Position numbers and translations under genes: made by a program. DNA of 64,000 nucleotides. Source: a virus. Position 1 is the first letter of the stretch. Each line of letters opens with the position of its first letter. Of the stretch, positions 8,168 through 17,928 are shown piece after piece. The stretch lies in IMG/VR virus record IMGVR_UViG_3300044638_008494, positions 1 to 64,000 of that record. One strand, 5' to 3'. The notes beneath the pieces were generated by a model. The model did no database searches, was not told where the DNA came from, and was given only the letters and a program-made list of their open reading frames with translations.

Positions 8168-9642
8168 TACAACAATCCATCTTCTTGATTTTCATTTTCA
8201 AATACGTCAACATCAACATTTCTTGCATTAATGATGTCTTCTAACGTTCCGCATTCGCTAACTTGAAAATTTTCAACCTTATAATTAATAAAGTTAGGTT
8301 TGTAAGTGACTCTGCCTCGGTCATCGACAACGCGAACAAGATTTGAGTGACCCCTTGCATTTTTACCCTGATAGCGCGTAGCAAGCTCAATATACTTATG
8401 AGTACCAAACTGGACACCATCTTCAGCTTGCTCTTCGATTGTTTTTCTTCTAAAGATACCAACTTGAGAAGCAAACCACTGCAAACGATCTGACTGTGCA
8501 ATGGCGCTAGAGTCATCTGTGCCGCCCTCTGCCGATCTGTTTAATTGACATGCGGTAAGTAGTGGAATGTTTAAGCGCAAGTGACATTCTTTTAGTTTAT
8601 CAACCTTTTCTCCAATAAGCTGATATTCTTGCTTATTTCCATCAGATTCTCCCGTAAGTTTAATATAGTCATAAACCACAATTGCCGGATTCCCACGACC
8701 AACATCACCATAATACCAGCGTTGAATTAAAGAAGTAATTTCTTCTGTCTTTTTTCTTGCAACTGTCATGTGCTGAACATGGCCAAGAGCTTGTTTTAAT
8801 TCTTGCTTTTTGGATTCAAATTTTGCATACAACTCTCTGTTCTTTTTATAATTTCCTGTTTCAAGCCACCACATTGGAACGCCAGTAATTGCACTTGCAA
8901 TTCTAAATTTCATATCTTTAGTTTGCATTTCGGTATCCAAAATTAAAGCCTTACAATTTGGATTAAGTAATGCCGTCTTAAATGCAATATCGTTCAAGAT
9001 TGTGCTTTTTCCGTGCTTTGGTCGAGACACCCAAGCATATACCTCGCCATTGCGAAGACCGCCGTACATTTCATTAAAATTTTTATATGGAGTAACAAGA
9101 CCAGTATCGTTGATAGGGTTATCTCCCCGCTCCTCAATCATTTCAACAATGTCATCAAAAAGATCTTCCGGCTTTTCATTAAGATTATATGCTGAGATTT
9201 TTTCTCCATACATTTTATCAGCCAATGCAACAATTTCATCGGCTTCCATTTCCCCAGCAGAAATCATAGATTGGGCCATGCTTGAGGCCATCGTATGTAT
9301 ATCGCGCCTAATAGAAAGCGTTTTTAATCTGCGGCATGCATCTTCCAAAGCCTTATCGCTAATCTTAATGTATGAAAGGCTTTGCAGATAATTTAAAATA
9401 TCTAAATTTCCTTTATAGGTAATTCCAAGACTCTGCAATCTCTCCGAAACAAGAACTGGGTCGCTTGACTTATTATGCAAAGCGCAGTCTTTTAGTATTG
9501 CAAAAATTGCACCATGAGGCTTGTGAATAAAGTCTTCTTCAGAAATTAAATGAATTAATTCAAGCAGCTTCTTCGGGTTTTTTAAAAACCCTGCAATGCA
9601 GTGCTTTTCAATTGTTTGGTTTGCGATCTTATCTTGATTCAT
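8167..9642 (-). CDS. dnaB: replicative DNA helicase
   Basis: Walker A SRPKHGKST, LDTEM, VVYDYI, CQLNR; DnaB N-terminal domain present. Confidence 0.93.
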   Translation of the reverse strand: MNQDKIANQTIEKHCIAGFLKNPKKLLELIHLISEEDFIHKPHGAIFAILKDCALHNKSSDPVLVSERLQSLGITYKGNLDILNYLQSLSYIKISDKALEDACRRLKTLSIRRDIHTMASSMAQSMISAGEMEADEIVALADKMYGEKISAYNLNEKPEDLFDDIVEMIEERGDNPINDTGLVTPYKNFNEMYGGLRNGEVYAWVSRPKHGKSTILNDIAFKTALLNPNCKALILDTEMQTKDMKFRIASAITGVPMWWLETGNYKKNRELYAKFESKKQELKQALGHVQHMTVARKKTEEITSLIQRWYYGDVGRGNPAIVVYDYIKLTGESDGNKQEYQLIGEKVDKLKECHLRLNIPLLTACQLNRSAEGGTDDSSAIAQSDRLQWFASQVGIFRRKTIEEQAEDGVQFGTHKYIELATRYQGKNARGHSNLVRVVDDRGRVTYKPNFINYKVENFQVSECGTLEDIINARNVDVDVFENENQEDGLL

Positions 9643-10253
9643 TGCGGCTTGATTTGGCTATAAATTGGCTTAACAACATTATAATGATAACTATCAAAAT
9701 TGTCAATTTCAATATTACTCATTGTATGCCAAGTTACAGCAAAGTCAGCATGCTGCTTAATTAATGGAGAATTTGCCTTTTCTTCAAAATTGGCTGGGTC
9801 AATTAATTTATTATGCTCAATCCTTTCAAGGTGAATTAATTTCCCGCCTTGAGATTTGACCCAGTTATGTTCGTCTTGCTCGTATTCGGCGTATCTAATG
9901 TCTGGGATAATTGCAATAAATGGCTTGTCGCTAGTTACAGAGTAGGCGTCTGCTACAATTTGTTTTTGCAAGATGCTAGTCCAATATGTGCCATTCGTTC
10001 TTATTCTTTGAATTTTTCCATAGCTAACTAATAGTTCACGAAATTTTGATTTTTCATTCGTGTCTTCTGTCCAAACGTTCATTGAACATTTTTCAGAAAG
10101 GAATTGCTGCATATCCTTTTTAAGCTCATTTGCCAATGAATATTTTTTGGCAATAAATCCATCGCGTTTAAATAGCTCTATAAGACAATTTGCGAACGTG
10201 TCCTTGCCTACTCTAGCTGCGGCACCAACTCCGATAAGTTTAATTTTGTTCAT
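9639..10253 (-). CDS. deoxynucleoside monophosphate kinase-like P-loop protein
   Basis: GAAARVGKDT P-loop, SLANELK, RELLVSYG, IPDIRY..E. Confidence 0.75.
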   Translation of the reverse strand: MNKIKLIGVGAAARVGKDTFANCLIELFKRDGFIAKKYSLANELKKDMQQFLSEKCSMNVWTEDTNEKSKFRELLVSYGKIQRIRTNGTYWTSILQKQIVADAYSVTSDKPFIAIIPDIRYAEYEQDEHNWVKSQGGKLIHLERIEHNKLIDPANFEEKANSPLIKQHADFAVTWHTMSNIEIDNFDSYHYNVVKPIYSQIKPQ

Positions 10254-10779
10254 GTGCTAAAATTTTCCAATACTTGGGATCTGCATAAATTTCTCCAGAA
10301 TTAATTTTAATTAAATATTCTACAATTTCACCCCAAGATTCAAATACAAGATCCATGCTGATAAGACCAGCAAGCCAAAGAGGAAATTTTTTCTTGTCAT
10401 CGGTATAGACAAGAATTGGTTTATTTTGCAAAGAAGCAATTACAATTTCGTGAATTGTTCCAAATGTTGGCACTTCAGGATCTATTTTGCCAATAATAAA
10501 AGTTGAAAGATCTACCATTCGCAAATCACGACTAATTACTCCTTTCATGTATTTTGAAATGCTTTTCCAGTCACCAGATTCACGCTGGTCTTTTAAAAGA
10601 TTACGATCTTCTTGCGTTTCTGTTAACTGATTAACAAAATGGTCTTTGTTTGGATCAAAGCACTTGATACCAATTTGCTTTACAGATTCGGTAACGGCAA
10701 CGCGCCAATCAAAGCAATTATCAGCATACTCAATTGGCCCTACAAGATAGCAGTAAGAATTTTTTAAAAGCTGTTTCAT
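10240..10779 (-). CDS. nucleoside 2-deoxyribosyltransferase / nucleotide N-glycosidase family protein
   Basis: YLVGPI..WR..FDP..DLRMVD..GTIHE..KPI pattern. Confidence 0.8.
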   Translation of the reverse strand: MKQLLKNSYCYLVGPIEYADNCFDWRVAVTESVKQIGIKCFDPNKDHFVNQLTETQEDRNLLKDQRESGDWKSISKYMKGVISRDLRMVDLSTFIIGKIDPEVPTFGTIHEIVIASLQNKPILVYTDDKKKFPLWLAGLISMDLVFESWGEIVEYLIKINSGEIYADPKYWKILAHEQN

Positions 10780-11786
10780 GATAGTATTGATTGAATTTGA
10801 TTTAATGTTTCTGCTCTGTGCCGTTCAGCAATAGAGATATTTTTGCGTTGATTACTTAATGCCATTTTGTATTCTTTTTCATTCTTATTTAAGAAATCTA
10901 TAGTAGCATTCATTTCATCTGCATTGCCAACGATTAGAAGGTCATCAATAATGTATCCCATTTTGCGAGATTCTTCAATTGTTTTTTCACATTTTGCGTC
11001 AAAAAATATAAGAACATCACACATAAGGCATTCGTAAAATCGATTGGCCAAATAGGCAAAGTTGCTATGTGTATGAAGATCTTCAAAATAGATAGAATAT
11101 TTGTAATTATTTAGTGTCTCTTTACCTAAAGACCAGTCTAATTTATCAATAAATTCAGCTTCTATGTTGGCAGCCCTATATTTGTCTTGGTTTTTCGTAG
11201 ATGAAGATATGGTATAATTTTTAATACCATTAAATTGGGCCATGTCTTTGGCGCGATGTTTGCGAAAAGTTCCAAAATATATTGTACCGTTTTTATCTTT
11301 TGCTTTTATGGGGCACTTGACATTATTAAATATTAATGAATTTAAATTAACAGTATGCCATTCATCAATCCAGTCATTGAGCTTGCCGCCTTCAAGCTTT
11401 TTCCCAAGTATCCAATGTCTATAACCAGACCTTTGATTGTTACAAATAACATGATATTTTTTGTGGTATTTTTTTACCATATTCCTCAAAAGAACATTGT
11501 CTTCAAGATCATGGTCATTTACAAAAAACCAGAGTTTGGCATCTGGATTATTGTCGATAATTTCCATATAAGCTTTATACTTCATATATGGCGATGCATA
11601 AACGCAAACAATATGATCCCATTTTTCTGATGCAACTTCTGGTATTTGCGATGCATGGGTTACAAGCTTATAGCCTAACTCTTTGGCTACTGTAAGAGAA
11701 TTTCTTACATGAACAATAGAAGTGTTGGAAAAATCTTCAAGTACGGTCTTTTTTTCACAAGACTCAATCATTAGAACTTTCGACAT
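10776..11786 (-). CDS. GT-B glycosyltransferase resembling T4 DNA beta-glucosyltransferase (likely start 11786 rather than 11822)
   Basis: IYFGTFRKHR..M..F and NRFYECLMCDVLIFFD parallel T4 BGT IYGGSFRSGQR..M..F and LRVWETMASD.VMLID as recalled. Confidence 0.6.
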   Translation of the reverse strand: MSKVLMIESCEKKTVLEDFSNTSIVHVRNSLTVAKELGYKLVTHASQIPEVASEKWDHIVCVYASPYMKYKAYMEIIDNNPDAKLWFFVNDHDLEDNVLLRNMVKKYHKKYHVICNNQRSGYRHWILGKKLEGGKLNDWIDEWHTVNLNSLIFNNVKCPIKAKDKNGTIYFGTFRKHRAKDMAQFNGIKNYTISSSTKNQDKYRAANIEAEFIDKLDWSLGKETLNNYKYSIYFEDLHTHSNFAYLANRFYECLMCDVLIFFDAKCEKTIEESRKMGYIIDDLLIVGNADEMNATIDFLNKNEKEYKMALSNQRKNISIAERHRAETLNQIQSILS

Positions 11787-12225
11787 ATTCTTTATTAAAA
11801 TGGTATTTGGTTTGTATATCAATATTAAAAGTATTTTGTACCCATTCTAGGCTTAAATTTTTAATATCATTTTCATTTATTCTAATAATAAAAAAACCAT
11901 TGTTTTGTAGCCATTCATCTTTTTTTTGATCGCGCTTTAAACTGTTTAAAAAGCCAATTCTTGTTTTGTGATGAAATTTTGAAAATGTATTGTGGAAATT
12001 ACCATCTGCCTCCACAGCAAGCATTTTATCAAAATTAATTAAATCACAATTTAATTTTGTTCCTAGTACGGGAAACTCTTCAACGCAATTATCGTACTTC
12101 CAGTATTGTTTAAAGAATTGTTTTATATTAAACTGGAATTTGCTTTTAGACTCTTTATCCCAATCAATCCTGTATTTTTTTAATGATACGCTTTTTGTCC
12201 TACTAAAAACATCCTTGAGTTTCAC
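11764..12225 (-). CDS. DUF559/Vsr-like endonuclease
   Basis: EEFPV..CD..AVEADGNFH..RDQKKDEWL..NG..IIRI. Confidence 0.8.
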   Translation of the reverse strand: MKLKDVFSRTKSVSLKKYRIDWDKESKSKFQFNIKQFFKQYWKYDNCVEEFPVLGTKLNCDLINFDKMLAVEADGNFHNTFSKFHHKTRIGFLNSLKRDQKKDEWLQNNGFFIIRINENDIKNLSLEWVQNTFNIDIQTKYHFNKEYVESSND

Positions 12226-13367
12226 ATTGTTAGATCTTTAAATCTATCAAAAAGGTATTTTTGGATTGGCTCGCTATCTTCAATAAATTGACGAAGACCA
12301 TTTACGCCCTGAATTTTTTCTGGCACCTCAATGTTTAGGGATGCAGCCATTTCGGTTCTAAAGTTTGGCTCAAGCTCAAACCAAGCGCCCTTACCATTTG
12401 GTTTGTAAGCAATCTCCCATAGCTGAAGAAGATCGGCCAACTCATAACTTGTCCAAACACTTTTGCCACCTTTTTGACCATAACGAATTGGATATTTAAC
12501 TTCAACCATATTCTTTTCGTTATTGCTCTTGACAATTTTGGCTTTTGCCATATGTCCAACTACTTTACTGCCCTTTTCTCCCTCATGAATCAAATCGCCG
12601 CCAAATCGTGGAAGAAATTCAATAACAACATCGGCTTGGTGTTCAAGCGCTCTTGGGCCGCTTGCCTTACCTTGCTTTGGAACGGCAATTTCGTATGGAT
12701 TAATTTTAATCTGGTCACGAATTTGTGAAATATAAATATCAACATGCCCACGCTTTGCCATTGCAAGACCAACCTTTTTCAAGAACACAGAGGTAATTAG
12801 GCTTCCACCACCAACAGTGATTGATTCATCTTCTGCTTTTTTAGCGTCATCTCTTTTGATTAGAGAATCAACCGAATCAGTGATAAAAAAGTATTCTGTG
12901 TTTGTTGGATTGTTTGTAATAAGGTCACGTTTCAATTTGAAAACAGCCTCATAGATATTACTTTCAAATACAAAGCATGCGCCGTCCACCCACTCAGCGG
13001 TATTGTAAACAAAATTAATGCCAGACCTGTCTCTTATTTCTTCAGAAAGGCGACCTTCGCTTTTAATAAAGATCCCCCTGCGCTTTCTTGATCGGTCTTT
13101 TAAAAAGTGATGCATGAAATCTAGAGAAGCGCTAGTCTTACCGCCAGAAGCAAGACCAACAAACCTGTGAGCGCCAGGTCCAAGGCCACCGCTAAGCATA
13201 GAAGTAAGAAGAAGGCTTGAGCATCCGACTTTATATTCGTGCGCCTCTTCGTAATTATAGTGATCTTCTTTTGTACTTTTTAAAATAGATTCCAGCTGAT
13301 CTTCTGGAGCCATTACTTTTTCTGCGTCTGTTGAAATTTTACCTTTAGCCATAGTTATTTTTTCCAA
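12222..13367 (-). CDS. recA: RecA/UvsX-like recombinase
   Basis: Walker A GLASGGKTS, SEGR, TDSVDSL, ISQIR, ALEH, KSN. Confidence 0.88.
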   Translation of the reverse strand: MEKITMAKGKISTDAEKVMAPEDQLESILKSTKEDHYNYEEAHEYKVGCSSLLLTSMLSGGLGPGAHRFVGLASGGKTSASLDFMHHFLKDRSRKRRGIFIKSEGRLSEEIRDRSGINFVYNTAEWVDGACFVFESNIYEAVFKLKRDLITNNPTNTEYFFITDSVDSLIKRDDAKKAEDESITVGGGSLITSVFLKKVGLAMAKRGHVDIYISQIRDQIKINPYEIAVPKQGKASGPRALEHQADVVIEFLPRFGGDLIHEGEKGSKVVGHMAKAKIVKSNNEKNMVEVKYPIRYGQKGGKSVWTSYELADLLQLWEIAYKPNGKGAWFELEPNFRTEMAASLNIEVPEKIQGVNGLRQFIEDSEPIQKYLFDRFKDLTM

Positions 13368-13708
13368 ATTTTTAAGAAATCATTAAGTGATTTTAACTTT
13401 TCTTTCTTTGGTTCTTCAGTTAGTATAGCAGGTTTTAATTCTTTTTCAATATCTTCTTCTATTTCAAAACGTTTTATTTTTTCTGGATTAAATTTGTATT
13501 TAGCCCACTCCTCTTTAAGAAATTTATCTCCATTAGGAGTGATAAACCAAGCAAGGCTTGGGATTTTAAACTTTACCTCCAGGCCCATCCAGAAAGCTTC
13601 ATCCTCATGCCTTGAGGAAAGCTGATTCATTATTTTCATTTCTCTTGGCCAATTAGTATGTTTGCCAAGATGCTTTGATATAAAAGCTTTTTTAAAACTT
13701 GAGCCCAT
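13355..13708 (-). CDS. hypothetical protein, first gene of replication operon
   Basis: 117-aa ORF directly behind a strong promoter, overlapping recA. Confidence 0.7.
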   Translation of the reverse strand: MGSSFKKAFISKHLGKHTNWPREMKIMNQLSSRHEDEAFWMGLEVKFKIPSLAWFITPNGDKFLKEEWAKYKFNPEKIKRFEIEEDIEKELKPAILTEEPKKEKLKSLNDFLKIWKK

Positions 13709-13715
13709 TTAGGGC

Positions 13716-13744
13716 ATAATAGAGTAACTTTTTTACAGTGTCAA
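13716..13744 (-). promoter_or_regulatory. sigma70-type promoter TTGACA-17-TATTAT, 7 nt before ATG
   Basis: Near-consensus hexamers at the head of the replication operon. Confidence 0.8.
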
Positions 13745-13768
13745 ATATTTAATTTTTAAATATTTTTA

Positions 13769-14464
13769 TTATCCGCAACTAGTAGTTGTTGTATAAACGG
13801 TTATTATTAATTGTTTTTTATTTTGAGTTGTATACTCTACTGGCATAATTAATGTTAGTTCTGGCTGAAATGCATTTTGAAAATCGCAAAGGACGGGGCA
13901 AAACACCAAACTTCCCGATGTGTTACCGGGCACCGCACAGCCATTTGGATTTGTAGCAATCGATTCTGAAGTTACTCTATACTTTAATTTATATTTTATT
14001 GTTGCATTACACCTTTTTGTTGTTGGTCCACCAACGTCTTCAGGATCCTTAACATCTGTTTCTGTATCTGTATCTGTATTACAAGTACAAGAGCAACTAT
14101 TGCCGCAGCTGCATTCTCCGCTATTTTCAGTTTCAGATTCGTTGTCAGAGTAAGGGTCCGACAGCTCTGGTTCGCCAAGCTCACAGCTTATTATTTCGGC
14201 ATATTGTTCTACATTACAATCAATCTCTATAATGCAACCCGTAAGGGCGCTAAGAACAGGGAATGATGCGCTTAATGTTGATTGGGTTGTTGGAAAAACA
14301 TCTTCTGCTTCTGGGCATTCAGGCCCTTCAACTAATTCTTCCCAAAATGTAGTCGTATTATTTGTAGTTGTGGTAGTGCATGTGCCGCCGCCACCTCCGC
14401 CTTTTGCGCAGCAGCTAGAGAATTTTGTAAAACCAAATTTTGTATCGCGTAGTAGTGTGTTCAT
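13769..14464 (-). CDS. Cys/Thr/acidic-rich hypothetical protein
   Basis: 231-aa ORF, poly-Gly and poly-Thr tracts, CSCGNSCSCTC cluster. Confidence 0.65.
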   Translation of the reverse strand: MNTLLRDTKFGFTKFSSCCAKGGGGGGTCTTTTTNNTTTFWEELVEGPECPEAEDVFPTTQSTLSASFPVLSALTGCIIEIDCNVEQYAEIISCELGEPELSDPYSDNESETENSGECSCGNSCSCTCNTDTDTETDVKDPEDVGGPTTKRCNATIKYKLKYRVTSESIATNPNGCAVPGNTSGSLVFCPVLCDFQNAFQPELTLIMPVEYTTQNKKQLIITVYTTTTSCG

Positions 14465-14468
14465 GGCC

Positions 14469-15011
14469 TTATTGTACGTTTAATCTTAGCAAGCAATATC
14501 CATTTGCTGTATTTTCAGTTACTTCGCTTAGGAACGTGCCGATGCGGTTTACCCCATTTGTAGCAACTCTTCCATTTGCGCCAACATATGCAGCCGCGCC
14601 AATCGTTGGATATCCAGCAACAGCTGGGTCAATGTCGTTTATAAGAACAGTGCCTTTTGTAAGAACTGGAACTGCTTGTTGCGGAAGAACGGCATCTCTT
14701 TCAGCAAGAAGCTGCGGCTCCCAAATTAATGGCGTTCCATTTTCATCAGTTTCAATAACGTCTTTTAAAAGAATACCAATGGCCAAATCGATCGTGGATG
14801 TTGTTTTTGTTACTTTGCCAACAGGAACAAATGAGGACGACATTGTGTTGCTAATATTAGAAAGATTAGAAAGTGAAAGCCCTTCGCCATAAATATCTTT
14901 CCAATTAGTGTTGATTTTTACAAGCGTACCCTTTGTTGCTACGCCATCATAAGCAAAAAGGTTTAATACATCATGCTGGCTGAAATCTCTGAATGGCTTT
15001 AAGTTTGGCAT
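14469..15011 (-). CDS. putative capsid decoration/cement protein
   Basis: 180 aa, Gly/Ala/Val-rich beta pattern (KGTLVK, AIGILL, VPVLTKG, GAAAYVGANG, IGTFL) typical of cement proteins; inference. Confidence 0.5.
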   Translation of the reverse strand: MPNLKPFRDFSQHDVLNLFAYDGVATKGTLVKINTNWKDIYGEGLSLSNLSNISNTMSSSFVPVGKVTKTTSTIDLAIGILLKDVIETDENGTPLIWEPQLLAERDAVLPQQAVPVLTKGTVLINDIDPAVAGYPTIGAAAYVGANGRVATNGVNRIGTFLSEVTENTANGYCLLRLNVQ

Positions 15012-15041
15012 ATTCTTATTATAGTTTTATTATAGTTTTAT

Positions 15042-17477
15042 TTATTGAGCGTACGGACGAATTCTTTTTGCTATTTCCACGCCTGGCTCAGAAGTTGAAG
15101 GAACATTTACGTCTGAGAAAATTTGTCCTCTTTTTTGGGCAATTTTTTGCTTTAATTTTTGCATTTTGTGCCATTTTCTATTCTTTTTATTTGCATTTGG
15201 CAAAACTTTATCAACAAGCTGGCGTATTCTTAAGTTAAGCTCTTTTCCTGCCTTGATTTTTGAAATTGTTTTTGACTCTGAAGCGCTCGGGCCAGAAGAG
15301 TATGCTTTGTATGTTAGTTTTGCCCCATCATTTGGAGGTGTGATATTGTGACGATATGGGTATCTTTTTTGATATGTTCCTCTGTCACTAGCAGTATGTT
15401 TTGGGAACAGTTTGTGTGCGCCAACAGCACTTACACCAGTCTGCAAAGCACTATCAATACTATCAAGAGATCCATAGCCGCTGTAAATAAGCGATAAGTT
15501 TCCGCCATTAGTTCCTACTTCGGTGTTTAATTTTGTTGTTATAATTTCAATTGCATAATATGCGCCGCTAGGAATAATACCATTCCATGTTCCTGTGGCC
15601 ATTGATTTGCCAAAAATTTCATTATCATACAATTGATTATAAAATTTGTAAAAATAAGTATCTTTTAATGGCTCATCTTGTTTTAAGTGACCATTTGACG
15701 ATATGGATTTTTTATAACCAGTAGCAGTTTCCATTGGAATTTGAATTCCAGACTGCAATACTTGCTCATATGTTATTTGTTTACCATCAATAATATATCC
15801 ACTTTTTTGAACATACGTTCCTGAACTAATGGCTTTTGTTATTCCAATGCCAGAGCTTGTATTATCTCCAATTGATAAAAATATTCCCCCTACAACTCTG
15901 CCATTTACAATACTCGCGCCAGAGAATAAAAATACTGGCCCAATATATTCGCTAGGCATTGGCGCAAAATAACTTTCTCCTTGTTGCCTTGGGCCATTCC
16001 AAGATGGCACCGCTGCTCTCTGGTACGTGTATGGAACATTGACCTGAATTCCTTCTGGAAGTACGTTTCCATTGGCAAAGTTTTCACTATCAATAAATAG
16101 CGTTGGGGCTTGGAATGCTAGCGTTGTAACACGCTTATCTTTGCGGCACACTGATTTTCCGCCAATTAATGGTTTTTTCACAGCTGCTCTTTGCAAGTCA
16201 GCAGATGATGCTGCGCGAGGGTGTCCGCTTGCAACAGCCCAGGGTCCTTGCAATCTTCTTGGATCTGTTTTTTTCCAATCACCAAATGAAGATGGTTGAT
16301 GCACATAAATAACTCCAAGTTGTCCGCTGTTAGCTCTTTGATTGACATTTAATCTTCCGCTTATTGCAATGCACCATGCTCCAGAACCATATTGGGTAGA
16401 TACTGTATTATCAAAATAAATTTGTTTGCGAGAGTCTGTGGTGTTGACAAATCTTTTATATACTGGGTTTTCGGAGCCTAATGCAGCTTCGCTATATTCC
16501 CCATTGACGTTATTAATCCATCCGCTTTGCACACAATGATTGATCCATCCTTGTCCTGATGCTGGGTTATACCATGAACTATTACTTATGGTGAGTTGAT
16601 TTGCTGAAAATTGAGATTTTAATACATTTTGTTTGTATTCTTCTGTATAAACATCTTCTAATGAATTTGAATATCCAGTTTCTAATCCGTGTGGGCTAAC
16701 ATAGCATATTTGCTTATAATCGGCTGTTCCTGTAGAAATAACGATCAGCCCTTTTACATTCGTTGGTCCTTGTGTGGCGATTTTTGTAGGAAAATTATAC
16801 CCACCGCCTTGATAAAAATTAATTGTTGTTGGGTATGGAATGTTGAATCCAGTCAAGTTTGTATTATCATAAACAGATTTTTCTTTTCCTTGTCCAAATC
16901 TTGTTAATGCTGGGTGCCACCGGTAATATGTTTTTCTACTTTCTTCTCTGGAAATAGTTCCTGCAAATTTTGGTCTAAAGTTTAGGTCCCCAGATGTTCC
17001 AGCAATTCTAATATCAATAGTATTTGATGTTTGTTCAGGAAATCTTAATCTAGCAAATGGAAATTTATTATTTTGAAATGTTAATTTTGAATTTTGTTTG
17101 TGGTCAAATGGTTTGAAAAAATCGTTTTCTTGGTATGGGTAGTTATCACGAGAAAAAACAAAGTCTCTTAATTGACCGACAAGGTTCGTCTTTAATTTGC
17201 ATGAAGAATAAAAATGGTCTGATTCGACGGCCATTCTCCATGTTTGAAGGGTTTTGCTTTCTACTGTTGGAGATATGTACGAATTAATTTCTTTTCTTAT
17301 AACTGCTTTTGGGTTTCTTGATTTTAAAGTCCCAACGTTTTCCAAATCAACATAAGCGTCTTTAATTCCAAATACGCTGGTTTTATTAAGATCTGTAAAT
17401 CCAAGATCTTCACTGACGGCAATGTTGCCACCAAGCCCAAGTTTTCTGGCCTGCTCTTTTGTTAACTGTGTTGACAT
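15042..17477 (-). CDS. large hypothetical protein, probably virion-associated
   Basis: 811-aa ORF rich in SG/TG dipeptides like the tail proteins; basic C-terminus. Confidence 0.7.
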   Translation of the reverse strand: MSTQLTKEQARKLGLGGNIAVSEDLGFTDLNKTSVFGIKDAYVDLENVGTLKSRNPKAVIRKEINSYISPTVESKTLQTWRMAVESDHFYSSCKLKTNLVGQLRDFVFSRDNYPYQENDFFKPFDHKQNSKLTFQNNKFPFARLRFPEQTSNTIDIRIAGTSGDLNFRPKFAGTISREESRKTYYRWHPALTRFGQGKEKSVYDNTNLTGFNIPYPTTINFYQGGGYNFPTKIATQGPTNVKGLIVISTGTADYKQICYVSPHGLETGYSNSLEDVYTEEYKQNVLKSQFSANQLTISNSSWYNPASGQGWINHCVQSGWINNVNGEYSEAALGSENPVYKRFVNTTDSRKQIYFDNTVSTQYGSGAWCIAISGRLNVNQRANSGQLGVIYVHQPSSFGDWKKTDPRRLQGPWAVASGHPRAASSADLQRAAVKKPLIGGKSVCRKDKRVTTLAFQAPTLFIDSENFANGNVLPEGIQVNVPYTYQRAAVPSWNGPRQQGESYFAPMPSEYIGPVFLFSGASIVNGRVVGGIFLSIGDNTSSGIGITKAISSGTYVQKSGYIIDGKQITYEQVLQSGIQIPMETATGYKKSISSNGHLKQDEPLKDTYFYKFYNQLYDNEIFGKSMATGTWNGIIPSGAYYAIEIITTKLNTEVGTNGGNLSLIYSGYGSLDSIDSALQTGVSAVGAHKLFPKHTASDRGTYQKRYPYRHNITPPNDGAKLTYKAYSSGPSASESKTISKIKAGKELNLRIRQLVDKVLPNANKKNRKWHKMQKLKQKIAQKRGQIFSDVNVPSTSEPGVEIAKRIRPYAQ

Positions 17478-17512
17478 ATTTTTTTAGAATGTTTAAAACT
17501 TTAAAAACTTTA

Positions 17513-17647
17513 ATCCGGTGGGTCTATCATTCTTGCAGGTGCACTTCGCTCGCTCAGGCTTCTCGATCTGGTAGCCGTGGCTCCAGGCTGAGTTTACTTC
17601 CAAACGGACCCTCTCGGTTACACTTGCATGCTAGACAGACAGACCGC
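17513..17647 (-). ncRNA. 135-nt GC-rich structured RNA following the ribozyme omega-G
   Basis: 75/135 G+C in an AT-rich genome; ends pair (GGUCUGUC/GAUAGACC, UGCAAGUGUA/UGCACCUGCA) with internal hairpins. Confidence 0.6.
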
Positions 17648-17928
17648 CAATTGTGTTATCGTACAGTTGTTTATACCATACATCTATATATTTCTATATA
17701 GTTCAGACTATATCTTGGTACCAGAAATTAATCTGGCACACCGGGCGCTCTTGGGCAGTTTTATTGTTGGGACTCAACCGCCTAGTCGTTACACCTTCTA
17801 TCCTATCTTTCCCAGATAGCTTGGCTCGGTATTGTCTTTTCGGCGTTTTTACACGCCAACGAAGGTATCCACCGAATTCACCCAGTAAGGACTGTTGTTA
17901 TAAATTTTTAAAAGAACTTGAACAAGTT
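17648..17928 (-). ncRNA. group I intron/ribozyme (IA-like, ORF-less)
   Basis: P3 ACUGGGUG/CGCCCGGU; P GAAUUCGGUGG; Q AAUACCGAGCCAAG; R GGUGUAACGACUA; S AAGAUAUAGUC; P7.1 GGCGGU/ACUGCC; P8 GUGCCAGA/UCUGGUAC; P9 with GAAA loop; ends AUAACACAAUUG. Confidence 0.9.

Noticed and set aside
17513-17900. RNase P RNA or tmRNA as the identity of the GC-rich intergenic region
   Set aside because: Lacks GAGGAAAGUCC and ACAGAA.CCGGCUUA of RNase P and the tRNA-like ends of tmRNA; group I P/Q/R/S elements explain most of it
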